Shown here: piece after piece, positions 1-8,514 of the stretch
Layout of the letters: each line of letters begins with the position of its first letter
Position numbering within the stretch: the stretch's first letter is position 1
From: Bacteroidota bacterium
GTDB lineage: Bacteria > Bacteroidota > Bacteroidia > Bacteroidales > FEN-979
Direction of reading: 5' to 3'
Assembly (NCBI GenBank): GCA_043810345.1
Contig: JBDROF010000102.1
Coordinates: 22,118-86,117 of the forward strand
Length of the DNA: 64,000 nucleotides
The notes under the pieces: generated by a model
What the model was told of the DNA's origin: nothing
Databases searched by the model: none
The model's input: only the letters and a program-made list of their open reading frames with translations
Position numbers and translations under genes: made by a program

Positions 1-28
1 GTTTTTATTCCCCTGTTTTTATTCCCCT
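1..28. repeat. direct tandem duplication of a 14-mer (GTTTTTATTCCCCT x2)
   Basis: Positions 1-14 and 15-28 are identical. The repeat lies downstream of the comEC stop at the window edge. Confidence 0.9.
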
Positions 29-104
29 GTCACGGGGTCCCAAGTCCTCGGGACGAGTTCGAGTCTCGATTGCCGCGAAAAGTAAGAATGAACCTCTCCT
101 CCCA

Positions 105-2240
105 TCAAAACCTGAGTGCCGAGTTGATGAGGGTATAGGCCCCCTCCTCCAACACGCTATAACAAGGGACTCCCAGTTCCTTCGCTTGCTCCTTCCACCT
201 CCGTGCGTTGTACCACGAGTTTGTGGGATCGATGACAATCTGAGCAGGATGGAAATGACGAACAATCTTTTCCACGCTTACTTCCGGATTCTTCCTGATA
301 ATGACCAGGTCCACCTTCAGCGAGTCAGTCAGTGATGATGGTAAGCTGGTTGAAACAATCGCCATTCTGAGGTCAGTGAACTGAAGAAAGTTCCCTTTCC
401 TGCTCAGGAAACCGAATTCACGAAGATGGACTGGGGACAGACCGTGATTGTCTGCCAGGTAAGTAGTATATGATCTGCGTATCCCTTCTGCTGCGTTGAA
501 GGTAGCTAATACCTCCCTGGCATAGGGTTCCTGGCAGGTTGCCCTGAAGTCCTTCATGCATACCATGTTCCGGCCTGTCACAAACGCATACTGAGAAGCC
601 CCCTTCACCTGGAACACTACGATCATGCTGCGTTTGATACGCAGGGAATCGCTGTACAGGCCGTGAACCGACAGGATGATAAGGAGCATGAAAAGAGTAT
701 AGAGCCAGGCAATCTTCCGGGAGAAGAGAAAACAACCAATCGACAGCAGCACCATATAAATAAGAAAGGTGTCCGGCAACGATGGGTAGATACCTGTGGA
801 GACAGAACCGGGCAGGGCTTCGATGAACCGGATGGTGGAGTTCATGAATCCGACGGTGAAAGAGAGTCCTTTTGCGAGAAGCACAGAGAGCGCTGGAAAC
901 GGACTGAGCACAAGCACCCCGATCCCGCTATAGATCACCAGGCTGGTCAGCGGAAGCACCACTACGTTGGTCAGGATGAAATAGTTCGGGAACTGATGGA
1001 AAGCATACAGTGCCAGCGGGAAGGTAGCGATTTGCGCCGAAACCGAGACCGCAATCAATCCCCATAAACGGGCCTCGATCCATCCGGTGACCGGGATCAG
1101 GTTAAATAAAGGCCTGTAAAGGAAGAGGATCCCTGCCACAGCCAGGTAGGAGAACTGAAATCCAATGTGGAGGATCAGGGAAGGGTCAATCACGAGCATG
1201 ATAAACATGGCTCCACCAACCACGTTCAGCGAGTCAGGCTTCCGTTTGGCTGTTCTCCCCAGGATCACCAGGCTGAGCATCAGGGCTGCCCGAAATACAG
1301 GTGGCGATAATCCCGTGACCATGGCATAGCTCCAGATCATCAGGATCATCAATAACGCCTTGATTTTTGGTCCGTGAGTACACCGGTTGAGAAATGCAAG
1401 TACGGTTTCCAGAAAAAGAAAAATGATCCCTACATGCATCCCCGATACGGCCAGGATGTGCATGGCGCCGCTGGCAGCGAACCCTTTTCTCAGATCTTTG
1501 CCAATTTCTCCGGTATATCCAAGCAGGATGGCAGAGGCTACCGCAAACTCCTCCCTTTGCAGGGAATGATCCCGTAATATCTTTAATAACCGGTCACGAA
1601 GTGTAAAAGCCAGACGCCTGACTGAATTGGATTCAGGAATTTCGCCACGTTTCCAGTCGGTTGACCGTACCCAGCCCTGACTGAACACCCCTTTCCTTCC
1701 ATAATATCCAGCGGGATCGAAGCCATATGGATTGGATTCGTCCTGAACAGGTTTCAACGAAGTTGACACAAGGATCCAATCACCAAACTGGAGAGCCAGA
1801 GCGTTGGAATCCTTCTCCAGGAATAACAATGCCTTTCCTTCTCTGATAAGTGCATTTGTATTGGAGTCCGGTTCATACCTGCATACGATCAACTTTACGG
1901 TTTTGGATGTAACACGCGGTGGTTCAAGAATCTCAGCCGGAAACTGGGAATTGCCCACTGCCCACTGCCCCCTGCCAACTGATCTCTCTCGGTGGCTTTG
2001 TACAGTGAATACTCCCAAACACAACATCAACAGGCAAACGGTAAAGCCCGGGACCCATCGCAGTCTGAATGGAAGTTTTCCGATCAGTGTAAACAGGAGT
2101 AAAAGTCCGGAAAGAAATCCGCCAATCCCAATGAGTACGGGATTATCAGCCTGCCACTCCGGCTTCATCAGGGCATAGATCACCCCGCCCAGAAACGGGA
2201 TCAGGAGTCGGATTAACGGAAAGGGTCTCCAGGGATTCAC
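105..2240 (-). CDS. comEC: ComEC/Rec2-family DNA internalization membrane protein
   Basis: 711-aa ORF with a polytopic membrane profile. It carries the competence-domain signature region ...SGAMHILAVSGMHVGIIF.... Length and layout are typical of ComEC/Rec2. Confidence 0.8.
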   Translation of the reverse strand: MNPWRPFPLIRLLIPFLGGVIYALMKPEWQADNPVLIGIGGFLSGLLLLFTLIGKLPFRLRWVPGFTVCLLMLCLGVFTVQSHRERSVGRGQWAVGNSQFPAEILEPPRVTSKTVKLIVCRYEPDSNTNALIREGKALLFLEKDSNALALQFGDWILVSTSLKPVQDESNPYGFDPAGYYGRKGVFSQGWVRSTDWKRGEIPESNSVRRLAFTLRDRLLKILRDHSLQREEFAVASAILLGYTGEIGKDLRKGFAASGAMHILAVSGMHVGIIFLFLETVLAFLNRCTHGPKIKALLMILMIWSYAMVTGLSPPVFRAALMLSLVILGRTAKRKPDSLNVVGGAMFIMLVIDPSLILHIGFQFSYLAVAGILFLYRPLFNLIPVTGWIEARLWGLIAVSVSAQIATFPLALYAFHQFPNYFILTNVVVLPLTSLVIYSGIGVLVLSPFPALSVLLAKGLSFTVGFMNSTIRFIEALPGSVSTGIYPSLPDTFLIYMVLLSIGCFLFSRKIAWLYTLFMLLIILSVHGLYSDSLRIKRSMIVVFQVKGASQYAFVTGRNMVCMKDFRATCQEPYAREVLATFNAAEGIRRSYTTYLADNHGLSPVHLREFGFLSRKGNFLQFTDLRMAIVSTSLPSSLTDSLKVDLVIIRKNPEVSVEKIVRHFHPAQIVIDPTNSWYNARRWKEQAKELGVPCYSVLEEGAYTLINSALRF

Positions 2241-2336
2241 AGGGTCCTGACTTTTCTCTTATCCCATTAATCCGGAAAAGATAGAAAAGGTAATACCTCA
2301 GTGATCATAAAATTTTCGACTATTCCCGTGGAAGAT

Positions 2337-3287
2337 CTATTTACAGTTCTTGATGATGAGATCACGCGACGCCTCAATGCCGAATAAGAGCGCTTTGTGC
2401 CAGTCGGAGCAGGCCCCTTCGGTATCCTCCAGATAAAAACGAACCCGTCCCCTGTTGTTGTATGCATCAGCATATTGCGGGTCCAGTTCAATCGCACGAT
2501 TAAAATCCTTCAGGGCCCCGTTGTAATCCTTCAACATCATCCTGGCCGCAGCCCGGTTGTTGTAAATCTTCTTGTTGTCTGGATTCCGTTTAACAGCTAC
2601 GTCGTAATCCTCGAGCGCCCCTTTGAAATCGCGTAGGTAATGCCGCATCATGGCTCTGTTGATTAATGCATCAGGAAAAAGGGAATCGCACCGGATCACC
2701 TGGGAATAATTCTCCAGTGCACACTGGAAATCCTGCCGCATGAAACAGAGAGCTGCCATATAATTAAAGGCCATTGCGTTGACCTGGATCATATCAAGGT
2801 ATTGTTTTAAATCAGCTTCTGCGCCGGTGTAGTCTTGCATCTCAAAGCGGGCAACTCCAAGCCCGAAGACGGCTTCTATGCTAGCCGGAGCAAGCCGAAG
2901 TGTCTCGGTAAAATCCTGTAGAGCAAGAGGGTATTTCCCTGACCACAGGTATGCAAAACCCCGTTTCATATATGAATTAGCGTTCTCTGCCAAGGCAATG
3001 GAAGCCGTAAAATCTTTAATGCTTCCTTCGTAATCTCCTAATTTTCCTTTCTTTGATCCTTCTGTAAAGAGCTGCTGGGCCTGTTTTTCATCCTCCGTCA
3101 GCTCCTTCCTTGGGGGGAAAATAGTCGTTGGCATGGTATCGGTACCCATCAGACTGATCCACCGCCCTGTCACCTCTTTTTTCGGTTTCTCACCTGTTCC
3201 CGTCTCCTGGGCAAAAAGGGATGATGTAAAAATAATTCCAATAAAAAGGAGGGGAAGCCAAATCCTGAATATAGATGTAATCTTCAT
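2337..3287 (-). CDS. secreted or lipoprotein-like TPR repeat protein
   Basis: 316-aa ORF with a signal-like N-terminus (MKITSIFRIWLPLLFIGIIFTSSLFAQ). This is followed by several 34-aa TPR-like units, e.g. YNNRAAARMMLKDYNGALKDFNRAIELDPQYADAYNNRG. Confidence 0.75.
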   Translation of the reverse strand: MKITSIFRIWLPLLFIGIIFTSSLFAQETGTGEKPKKEVTGRWISLMGTDTMPTTIFPPRKELTEDEKQAQQLFTEGSKKGKLGDYEGSIKDFTASIALAENANSYMKRGFAYLWSGKYPLALQDFTETLRLAPASIEAVFGLGVARFEMQDYTGAEADLKQYLDMIQVNAMAFNYMAALCFMRQDFQCALENYSQVIRCDSLFPDALINRAMMRHYLRDFKGALEDYDVAVKRNPDNKKIYNNRAAARMMLKDYNGALKDFNRAIELDPQYADAYNNRGRVRFYLEDTEGACSDWHKALLFGIEASRDLIIKNCK

Positions 3288-3314
3288 TGGTTTTTTCTTT
3301 TTGTATAGTTTAAC

Positions 3315-4433
3315 TTATTTATCGTTTAAATATTGTATTACCAGCTCGGCAGTCCGGATCGAAGCACCGCTGCCTCCCAGCTTCTGTGTAAGTCTGGTAA
3401 ATTCGTGATTCATCTGATCCCGGTACGCAGGATCAAACAACCGTTTCAATTCATAAATGAGGTTCTCCCGGGTAAGCTGGTGCTGGATCAGTTCTTTCAC
3501 TACCTCTTTCTCCATGATCAGGTTCACCAGGGAGATAAAGGGTACATGCACAATCCTGTTGGCTATCCAGAAAGAGAGTGCACTACCCCGGTAACACACC
3601 ACTTCAGGAGTTCCCAGGAGGGCGGTTTCCAGCGTAGCGGTTCCCGAGGTCACGAGGGCTGCCTCGGCATGCTCCAGCAGGTCGTAGGTTTGTTTGAAAA
3701 TCACGGATACCGGAGCATCCCCGATCACAGATGCATACAGGTTTGGATCGATAGAGGGAGCTCCTGCGACCACAAACTGGTATCCTTTAAAAGCGGGGAT
3801 CACCTCCTGCATGTGTTTCATCATGGTGCGTATCTCCTGTCTCCGGCTTCCAGGAAGAAAGGCAATGATGGGCTTTCCCGGCAACTTGTTCTGCTTCAGG
3901 AATGCATTCCTGTCAACCGGTTTCCTGTCTTCCTGGATGACATCCAGCAACGGATGACCCACAAAATCGACCGGATAATTATACTTTTTGTAAAAATCCT
4001 GTTCAAACGGAAGAATCACAAACATCCGTGAAACACACTGCTGAATGATCCTGACCCGGGAACTCTTCCAGGCCCACAGTTGCGGGGAGATGTAGTAAAA
4101 GACCCTGATTCCGTGTCGGCTGGCAAATCTGGCCATCCGCAGGTTGAAACCCGGGTAGTCGATCAGGATCAACACATCGGGCCGGTAATCCAGGATCTCT
4201 TTTTTACAGAAGCGTAAATTCCTGAGAATCTTCCCCAGGTGAACCAGTACTTCCCAAAAGCCCATATATGCCAGGTCGCGGTAATGCTTCACCAGCTCCC
4301 CTCCGGCTTGCTGCATGAGGTCGCCGCCCCAGCAGCGAAAGGAGGCAGCGGGGTCGCGCTCGTTTAATGCACGCATCAAATTCGACCCATGCAGGTCGCC
4401 TGAAGCTTCCCCGGCGATAATGTAATAGGTCAT
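3315..4433 (-). CDS. lpxB: lipid-A-disaccharide synthase
   Basis: The N-terminus MTYYIIAGEASGDLHGSNLMRAL and a length near 370 aa match LpxB. I moved the start to the ATG at 4433 (Met7 of the track ORF), which removes the overlap with surE. Confidence 0.9.
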   Translation of the reverse strand: MTYYIIAGEASGDLHGSNLMRALNERDPAASFRCWGGDLMQQAGGELVKHYRDLAYMGFWEVLVHLGKILRNLRFCKKEILDYRPDVLILIDYPGFNLRMARFASRHGIRVFYYISPQLWAWKSSRVRIIQQCVSRMFVILPFEQDFYKKYNYPVDFVGHPLLDVIQEDRKPVDRNAFLKQNKLPGKPIIAFLPGSRRQEIRTMMKHMQEVIPAFKGYQFVVAGAPSIDPNLYASVIGDAPVSVIFKQTYDLLEHAEAALVTSGTATLETALLGTPEVVCYRGSALSFWIANRIVHVPFISLVNLIMEKEVVKELIQHQLTRENLIYELKRLFDPAYRDQMNHEFTRLTQKLGGSGASIRTAELVIQYLNDK

Positions 4434-4440
4434 TGGCTGA

Positions 4441-5214
4441 TCAGGAGGCAAAATCCCATCTCTTCAACTCTTCTATTGCAGGATAATCGGTAAAATCAAA
4501 ATTAACCGGAACGATGGATACATACTGATGCTCCAGCGCATACTCATCGGTATCTTCCCCATCGCCAACCCGGGCAAAGACCCCTTTGAGCCAAAAGTAA
4601 TCCCTTCCTTTCGGATCTTTCCGGATATCGAAGTCCTCCAGCCAGGTTCCTCCAGCCTGCCTGCAGATCCGGATCCCCTTGATTTTACTGACAGGCTGGT
4701 GAGGAATGTTTACATTCAGGCAAACCCCGTCCGGTAATTTGTGCGTCATGACCGTCCGGATAATCCGGTTGGCGTAAACCCTGGCAGCAGAAAAATCGGA
4801 ATCAGTCTTATAGTGGAGCAGCGAAAAGCCAATGGATGGAACACCCGCCATCGCCCCTTCAAACACCGCCGCCATGGTTCCGGAATAGATGATATTGATG
4901 GAGGAATTCGAACCATGGTTGACACCGGATACAAGCAAGTCGGGATGCCGGCCAAGAACTACTTTGTAAGCGAGTTTGACACAATCGACAGGAGTCCCGT
5001 TGCAGCTGTACTTCTCAAAACCGGGCTCCTGATGGATCCGGTTGAGACGCAACGGTTGGTGCATGGTAACAGCATGAGATGTGCCTGACTGAGGCTTGTC
5101 AGGGGCAACCACTACCACCTTCCCCATCGGCCTGACCACATCGGTAAGGGCACGTAAACCCGGAGCAGTAATCCCATCGTCATTGGTAACAAAAATCAGG
5201 GGTTTGTCCTGCAT
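4441..5214 (-). CDS. surE: 5'/3'-nucleotidase SurE
   Basis: The motif PLIFVTNDDGITAPGLRAL near the N-terminus and ...SGVNHGSNSS... are SurE hallmarks. The start is set at the ATG at 5214 (MQDKPLIF...). Confidence 0.9.
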   Translation of the reverse strand: MQDKPLIFVTNDDGITAPGLRALTDVVRPMGKVVVVAPDKPQSGTSHAVTMHQPLRLNRIHQEPGFEKYSCNGTPVDCVKLAYKVVLGRHPDLLVSGVNHGSNSSINIIYSGTMAAVFEGAMAGVPSIGFSLLHYKTDSDFSAARVYANRIIRTVMTHKLPDGVCLNVNIPHQPVSKIKGIRICRQAGGTWLEDFDIRKDPKGRDYFWLKGVFARVGDGEDTDEYALEHQYVSIVPVNFDFTDYPAIEELKRWDFAS

Positions 5215-5231
5215 TTTCAAGCTGATCTTAC

Positions 5232-5831
5232 TCAGCAAAGGTAGGAATAATTTTTGAGCAGCTCTTCATAAACCTCCTTCACAGGGAGGCCCATCACATT
5301 GAAAAAAGACCCTTCAAGCTTCGATATCCCGATGTACCCGATCCACTCCTGAATACCATACCCTCCGGCTTTGTCATAAGGCAGGAAGTTGTTGATGTAG
5401 TAGTCAATTTCCTCGTCACTAAGCTCCTTGAAGTATACCCGTGAAGTGACCTGGAATACGCTCTTCTTGTCCTTTGACCTGATACATACACCGGTGATCA
5501 CCTCATGCCGTCTGCCTGATAGTTTCTTCAGCATGGCCAGAGCCTGTTCATAATTCCCTGGTTTTCCCAGGATCTCTCCATCGAGGGAAACAATCGTATC
5601 GGCAGCCACGATGATCATCTTCTCTTCCATCCGGGAGATGTCGAAGCTCTCCGCCTTTTTCTCTGCCAGGAAGATGGCAATCTCCTCCGGAGCCAATGTG
5701 TCGGGATACTCCTCCTGAACATCCGTCGGAATGATCTCGAAATTCAATCCCAGCTCCTTTAACAGGTATTGCCTGCGGGAGGACTGAGAAGCCAGAACGA
5801 TCTTAAAATCCTGTAATCTCTTGTTTATCAC
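5232..5831 (-). CDS. maf: Maf-family nucleoside triphosphate pyrophosphatase
   Basis: 199-aa ORF with ...ILASQSSRRQYLLKELGL... and ...KAGGYGIQE... regions, both typical of Maf/YhdE. Confidence 0.85.
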   Translation of the reverse strand: MINKRLQDFKIVLASQSSRRQYLLKELGLNFEIIPTDVQEEYPDTLAPEEIAIFLAEKKAESFDISRMEEKMIIVAADTIVSLDGEILGKPGNYEQALAMLKKLSGRRHEVITGVCIRSKDKKSVFQVTSRVYFKELSDEEIDYYINNFLPYDKAGGYGIQEWIGYIGISKLEGSFFNVMGLPVKEVYEELLKNYSYLC

Positions 5832-5832
5832 G

Positions 5833-6816
5833 TCAATAACTTAAAGATAAAACCAGCAATGACAGGATTCCGGTAAACATGATCAGCTTTGCCAGGCCGC
5901 TGGCAAAACGAAAATCTTCTCTCCTTTTTGCCCGGATTACCGCAACGATCATGTAAAGGGCAGGCATCTGTACCGTGACCAGGAAATACCAGAACAACAT
6001 CTCTAGTCCGAACCGGTAAATAACCAGCTGGCCATAAGCAAGCAACACCATGGTGATCAGTACCAGGATCACCACCACAATCTTTGCCCAGCCGATCCCG
6101 GTCACAGAAGGAAGTGACCGGGTGCCAAACTGCTCATCTCCTTTCAGATCCTCCATATCTTTAACGATCTCACGGAACAGGCTTACCAGGAATGCAAAAC
6201 CGGCATAAGCTAAAAAGATCCGGAAAATACCCTTAAAGGTTCCGATCACAGTGGAAAAATATTCCGGATTCAGGCGCAGATGAAAAAACTCAAACAGGAG
6301 TACCAGCATGATCAACGTGGCTGAGATAAAGGCCACGATCAGATTTTTCCAGACTAAAAGTTGTTTCCAGCGGGCCGAATAGAACCAGAAGAAGAGAGCA
6401 CCGCATGGGAATAGCAGTCCGAACCAGAGCGATTGAACCCGGTACGCCAGGTAAAACCCAAGAATGATGGCAACGGCATTGACCAGGATGTGGACCTTCA
6501 TGGCCATCCGGGGGGCAACCAACCTGGAGACCACTAACTGTTCCGGACGGTTAACACGATCAATCTTCAGATCGAAGTAGTCATTGATGACGTAACCTCC
6601 GATAGCCAGCAACAGGGTGACTACGACGAAGATGATGAAATCAGGCAATCCTGTCATGAATTCCGTTTGATCATGGAAGAGAATCGGCTTAAGCACTCCG
6701 TACCGGAGCAGAAACTCGATCAGCACGACGATCATCAGGTTTGGAAGCCTGATGAACCGGGCTACGCCCGTCACCCAATCCCATGCTGTCCGTTTTTTAC
6801 CAGGTGAAGGCGTCAT
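5833..6816 (-). CDS. UbiA-family polyprenyltransferase (membrane)
   Basis: 327-aa polytopic ORF with the Asp-rich prenyltransferase motif ...YVINDYFDLKIDRVNRP.... Confidence 0.75.
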   Translation of the reverse strand: MTPSPGKKRTAWDWVTGVARFIRLPNLMIVVLIEFLLRYGVLKPILFHDQTEFMTGLPDFIIFVVVTLLLAIGGYVINDYFDLKIDRVNRPEQLVVSRLVAPRMAMKVHILVNAVAIILGFYLAYRVQSLWFGLLFPCGALFFWFYSARWKQLLVWKNLIVAFISATLIMLVLLFEFFHLRLNPEYFSTVIGTFKGIFRIFLAYAGFAFLVSLFREIVKDMEDLKGDEQFGTRSLPSVTGIGWAKIVVVILVLITMVLLAYGQLVIYRFGLEMLFWYFLVTVQMPALYMIVAVIRAKRREDFRFASGLAKLIMFTGILSLLVLSLSY

Positions 6817-7318
6817 CGTTCATCCATTTACCCTGAACCTTCATCACCTGCTCAATGACATCGCGGACGCAACCTTTTCCTCCCGGCAGATGGCTGATAT
6901 AGCCAGCCAGCTCTTTGATCTCCTCGGCTGCGTCGGACGGACAGGCAGGCATTCCCGCCTCCTTCATGATCTGATAATCGGGAATGTCATCCCCCATAAA
7001 GAGGACCTCTGATGGTGCGATTGCATGATCTTTCAGATAGGCATGAAAGGTTTCAAGTTTGTTTCCTGTTCCCAGAAATACATCCGTGATCTGCAAAGCT
7101 TTCAGTCGGTGAGCCATGGACTTTGACTTGGCGCCGGAGATGATAGCTACCCGGTACCCTTTTTTAATGGCGAGCTGGAGTGCATAACCGTCTTTGATGT
7201 TGGAGATCCGGAGCGCCTCCCCGTGTTCTGTCATGATAATCGTCCCCTCCGTAAGCACACCATCGTAATCAAAGACAAAAGTGGTGATCTTTTTGAGTTG
7301 TACTTTATAGTTTGCCAT
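6797..7318 (-). CDS. kdsC: 3-deoxy-D-manno-octulosonate 8-phosphate phosphatase (HAD-IIIA)
   Basis: 173-aa ORF with HAD motifs FVFDYDGVLT, ...IISGAKS... and ...FMGDDIPD.... The C-terminal ...GGKGCVRDVIEQV... is KdsC-like. Confidence 0.8.
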   Translation of the reverse strand: MANYKVQLKKITTFVFDYDGVLTEGTIIMTEHGEALRISNIKDGYALQLAIKKGYRVAIISGAKSKSMAHRLKALQITDVFLGTGNKLETFHAYLKDHAIAPSEVLFMGDDIPDYQIMKEAGMPACPSDAAEEIKELAGYISHLPGGKGCVRDVIEQVMKVQGKWMNDDAFTW

Positions 7319-8096
7319 GTTGGTGTTTATGTTGAATGATTCGTTTGCTGATCAGGTCATAGATCTCCTGATAGGCTTGATGATCCTTAAGCAACTCCAG
7401 GTGCTTATCAATGATTGCGGTATCCTCTCTGATAGCAGGTCCGGTTTGAAGGGAGAAGAGTCCGGCATGCCGGACGTTGGACGCCGTTTGTCTGATCAAC
7501 GGATTCAGTAGTTCGAACGGAATGTTGTACTGGAGCAGCAGATCCTCTGCGATGGCATAGAGGTAATTGGTAAAGTTCCCTGCAAACACTGCAGTCAGAT
7601 GGAGGATCTGCCGTTGGGCAGAGTTGATGACATGGACATTGGAACTCAGCTGTTCAGCCAGTCCAACCAGTGCCTTCTCAACACCCGGAAGATTCGCTTC
7701 CACGCAAACCGGGATGCGGTCAAATGAGATCCGCCTTCCTTTTCGAAATGTTTGCAATGGGTACAGGACCCCGGTTTGATCGGCGGTCTTTTTCAGGACC
7801 TCCATTCCGACAGATCCGGAAGTATGGACCACAATTCCTCTTCGGACCTTCAGTCGGGAAGCGATTTCCGGGATAGCTGAATCACTGATTGCCAGGATAT
7901 AAAGATCGGCATCCTGTTCAACCTTCTGCAGCGACCCGGTATAGCTGGCACCTATCAGGCGGGCGAGCCGCTTCCCGGTTTTCTCCGTCCGGTTGAAAAG
8001 CTGAACAACCGAAAACCCTTTCCCAATAAATGCATTCGACAGGTGAGTGGCCACATTTCCTGCTCCGAACAAAACGATATGTTTGATCTGGTCCAT
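7305..8096 (-). CDS. Rossmann-fold protein of the DUF2520 type (putative oxidoreductase)
   Basis: The N-terminal dinucleotide-binding motif is IVLFGAGNVATHL. The start is set at the ATG at 8096, because the upstream 26 codons of the track ORF run into a palindrome and look spurious. Confidence 0.55.
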   Translation of the reverse strand: MDQIKHIVLFGAGNVATHLSNAFIGKGFSVVQLFNRTEKTGKRLARLIGASYTGSLQKVEQDADLYILAISDSAIPEIASRLKVRRGIVVHTSGSVGMEVLKKTADQTGVLYPLQTFRKGRRISFDRIPVCVEANLPGVEKALVGLAEQLSSNVHVINSAQRQILHLTAVFAGNFTNYLYAIAEDLLLQYNIPFELLNPLIRQTASNVRHAGLFSLQTGPAIREDTAIIDKHLELLKDHQAYQEIYDLISKRIIQHKHQHGKL

Positions 8097-8162
8097 GTAA
8101 ATCAACCGAACGAAAGTAAAAAAAAAAGTGATGAGAATCGAGCGCACCAATCGAGTAGGTAG

Positions 8163-8184
8163 GGGGCAATTCATGAATTGCCCC
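8163..8184. repeat. perfect 22-nt palindrome GGGGCAATTCATGAATTGCCCC
   Basis: The sequence is self-complementary when read directly. It starts 7 nt downstream of the stop of the 8192-8503 gene on the minus strand. A T-run follows only about 35 nt later, so it is not a canonical terminator. Confidence 0.6.
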
Positions 8185-8191
8185 TACTGCG

Positions 8192-8503
8192 TTATGCTTG
8201 TGCCGTCGGAGTCCCTATATTGAATGGCATATCTCCCCCTGTATCTTTGATCTCTCCATGCATCGCCTCGTACTTACTGATGTTTTCTTTGAGTGCTTTA
8301 TACAGCCGTTTTGCATGCTGCGGTGTCAGGATAATCCTTGATTTCACTTTAGCTTTCGGAACTCCGGGCATCATTTTCACGAAATCCACGATAAATTCCG
8401 ATGGTGAGTGTGTGATGATGGCAAGGTTCGAATAGATTCCTTCACCAACATCATCTGAAAGCTCAATGTTGAGCTGTTGTTGTGGGTTTGTTTTTTCTTG
8501 CAT
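8192..8503 (-). CDS. small conserved protein (DUF3467-like) downstream of rpoC
   Basis: 103-aa ORF in tight linkage with rpoC. The region ...GIYSNLAIITHSPSEFIVDF... resembles the small DUF3467 family as I remember it. Confidence 0.5.
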   Translation of the reverse strand: MQEKTNPQQQLNIELSDDVGEGIYSNLAIITHSPSEFIVDFVKMMPGVPKAKVKSRIILTPQHAKRLYKALKENISKYEAMHGEIKDTGGDMPFNIGTPTAQA

Positions 8504-8514
8504 CTTATTGATTT

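Noticed and set aside
7305-8174. N-terminal 26 codons of the track ORF (MNCPLPTRLVRS...), and similarly the first 47 codons of the 53743-55740 ORF and the first 42 of the 26656-27441 ORF
   Set aside because: These extensions run through palindromes or repeat arrays, or overlap the upstream gene. Internal ATGs give N-termini that match family expectations, namely a Rossmann motif, the topoisomerase N-terminus and a signal peptide.
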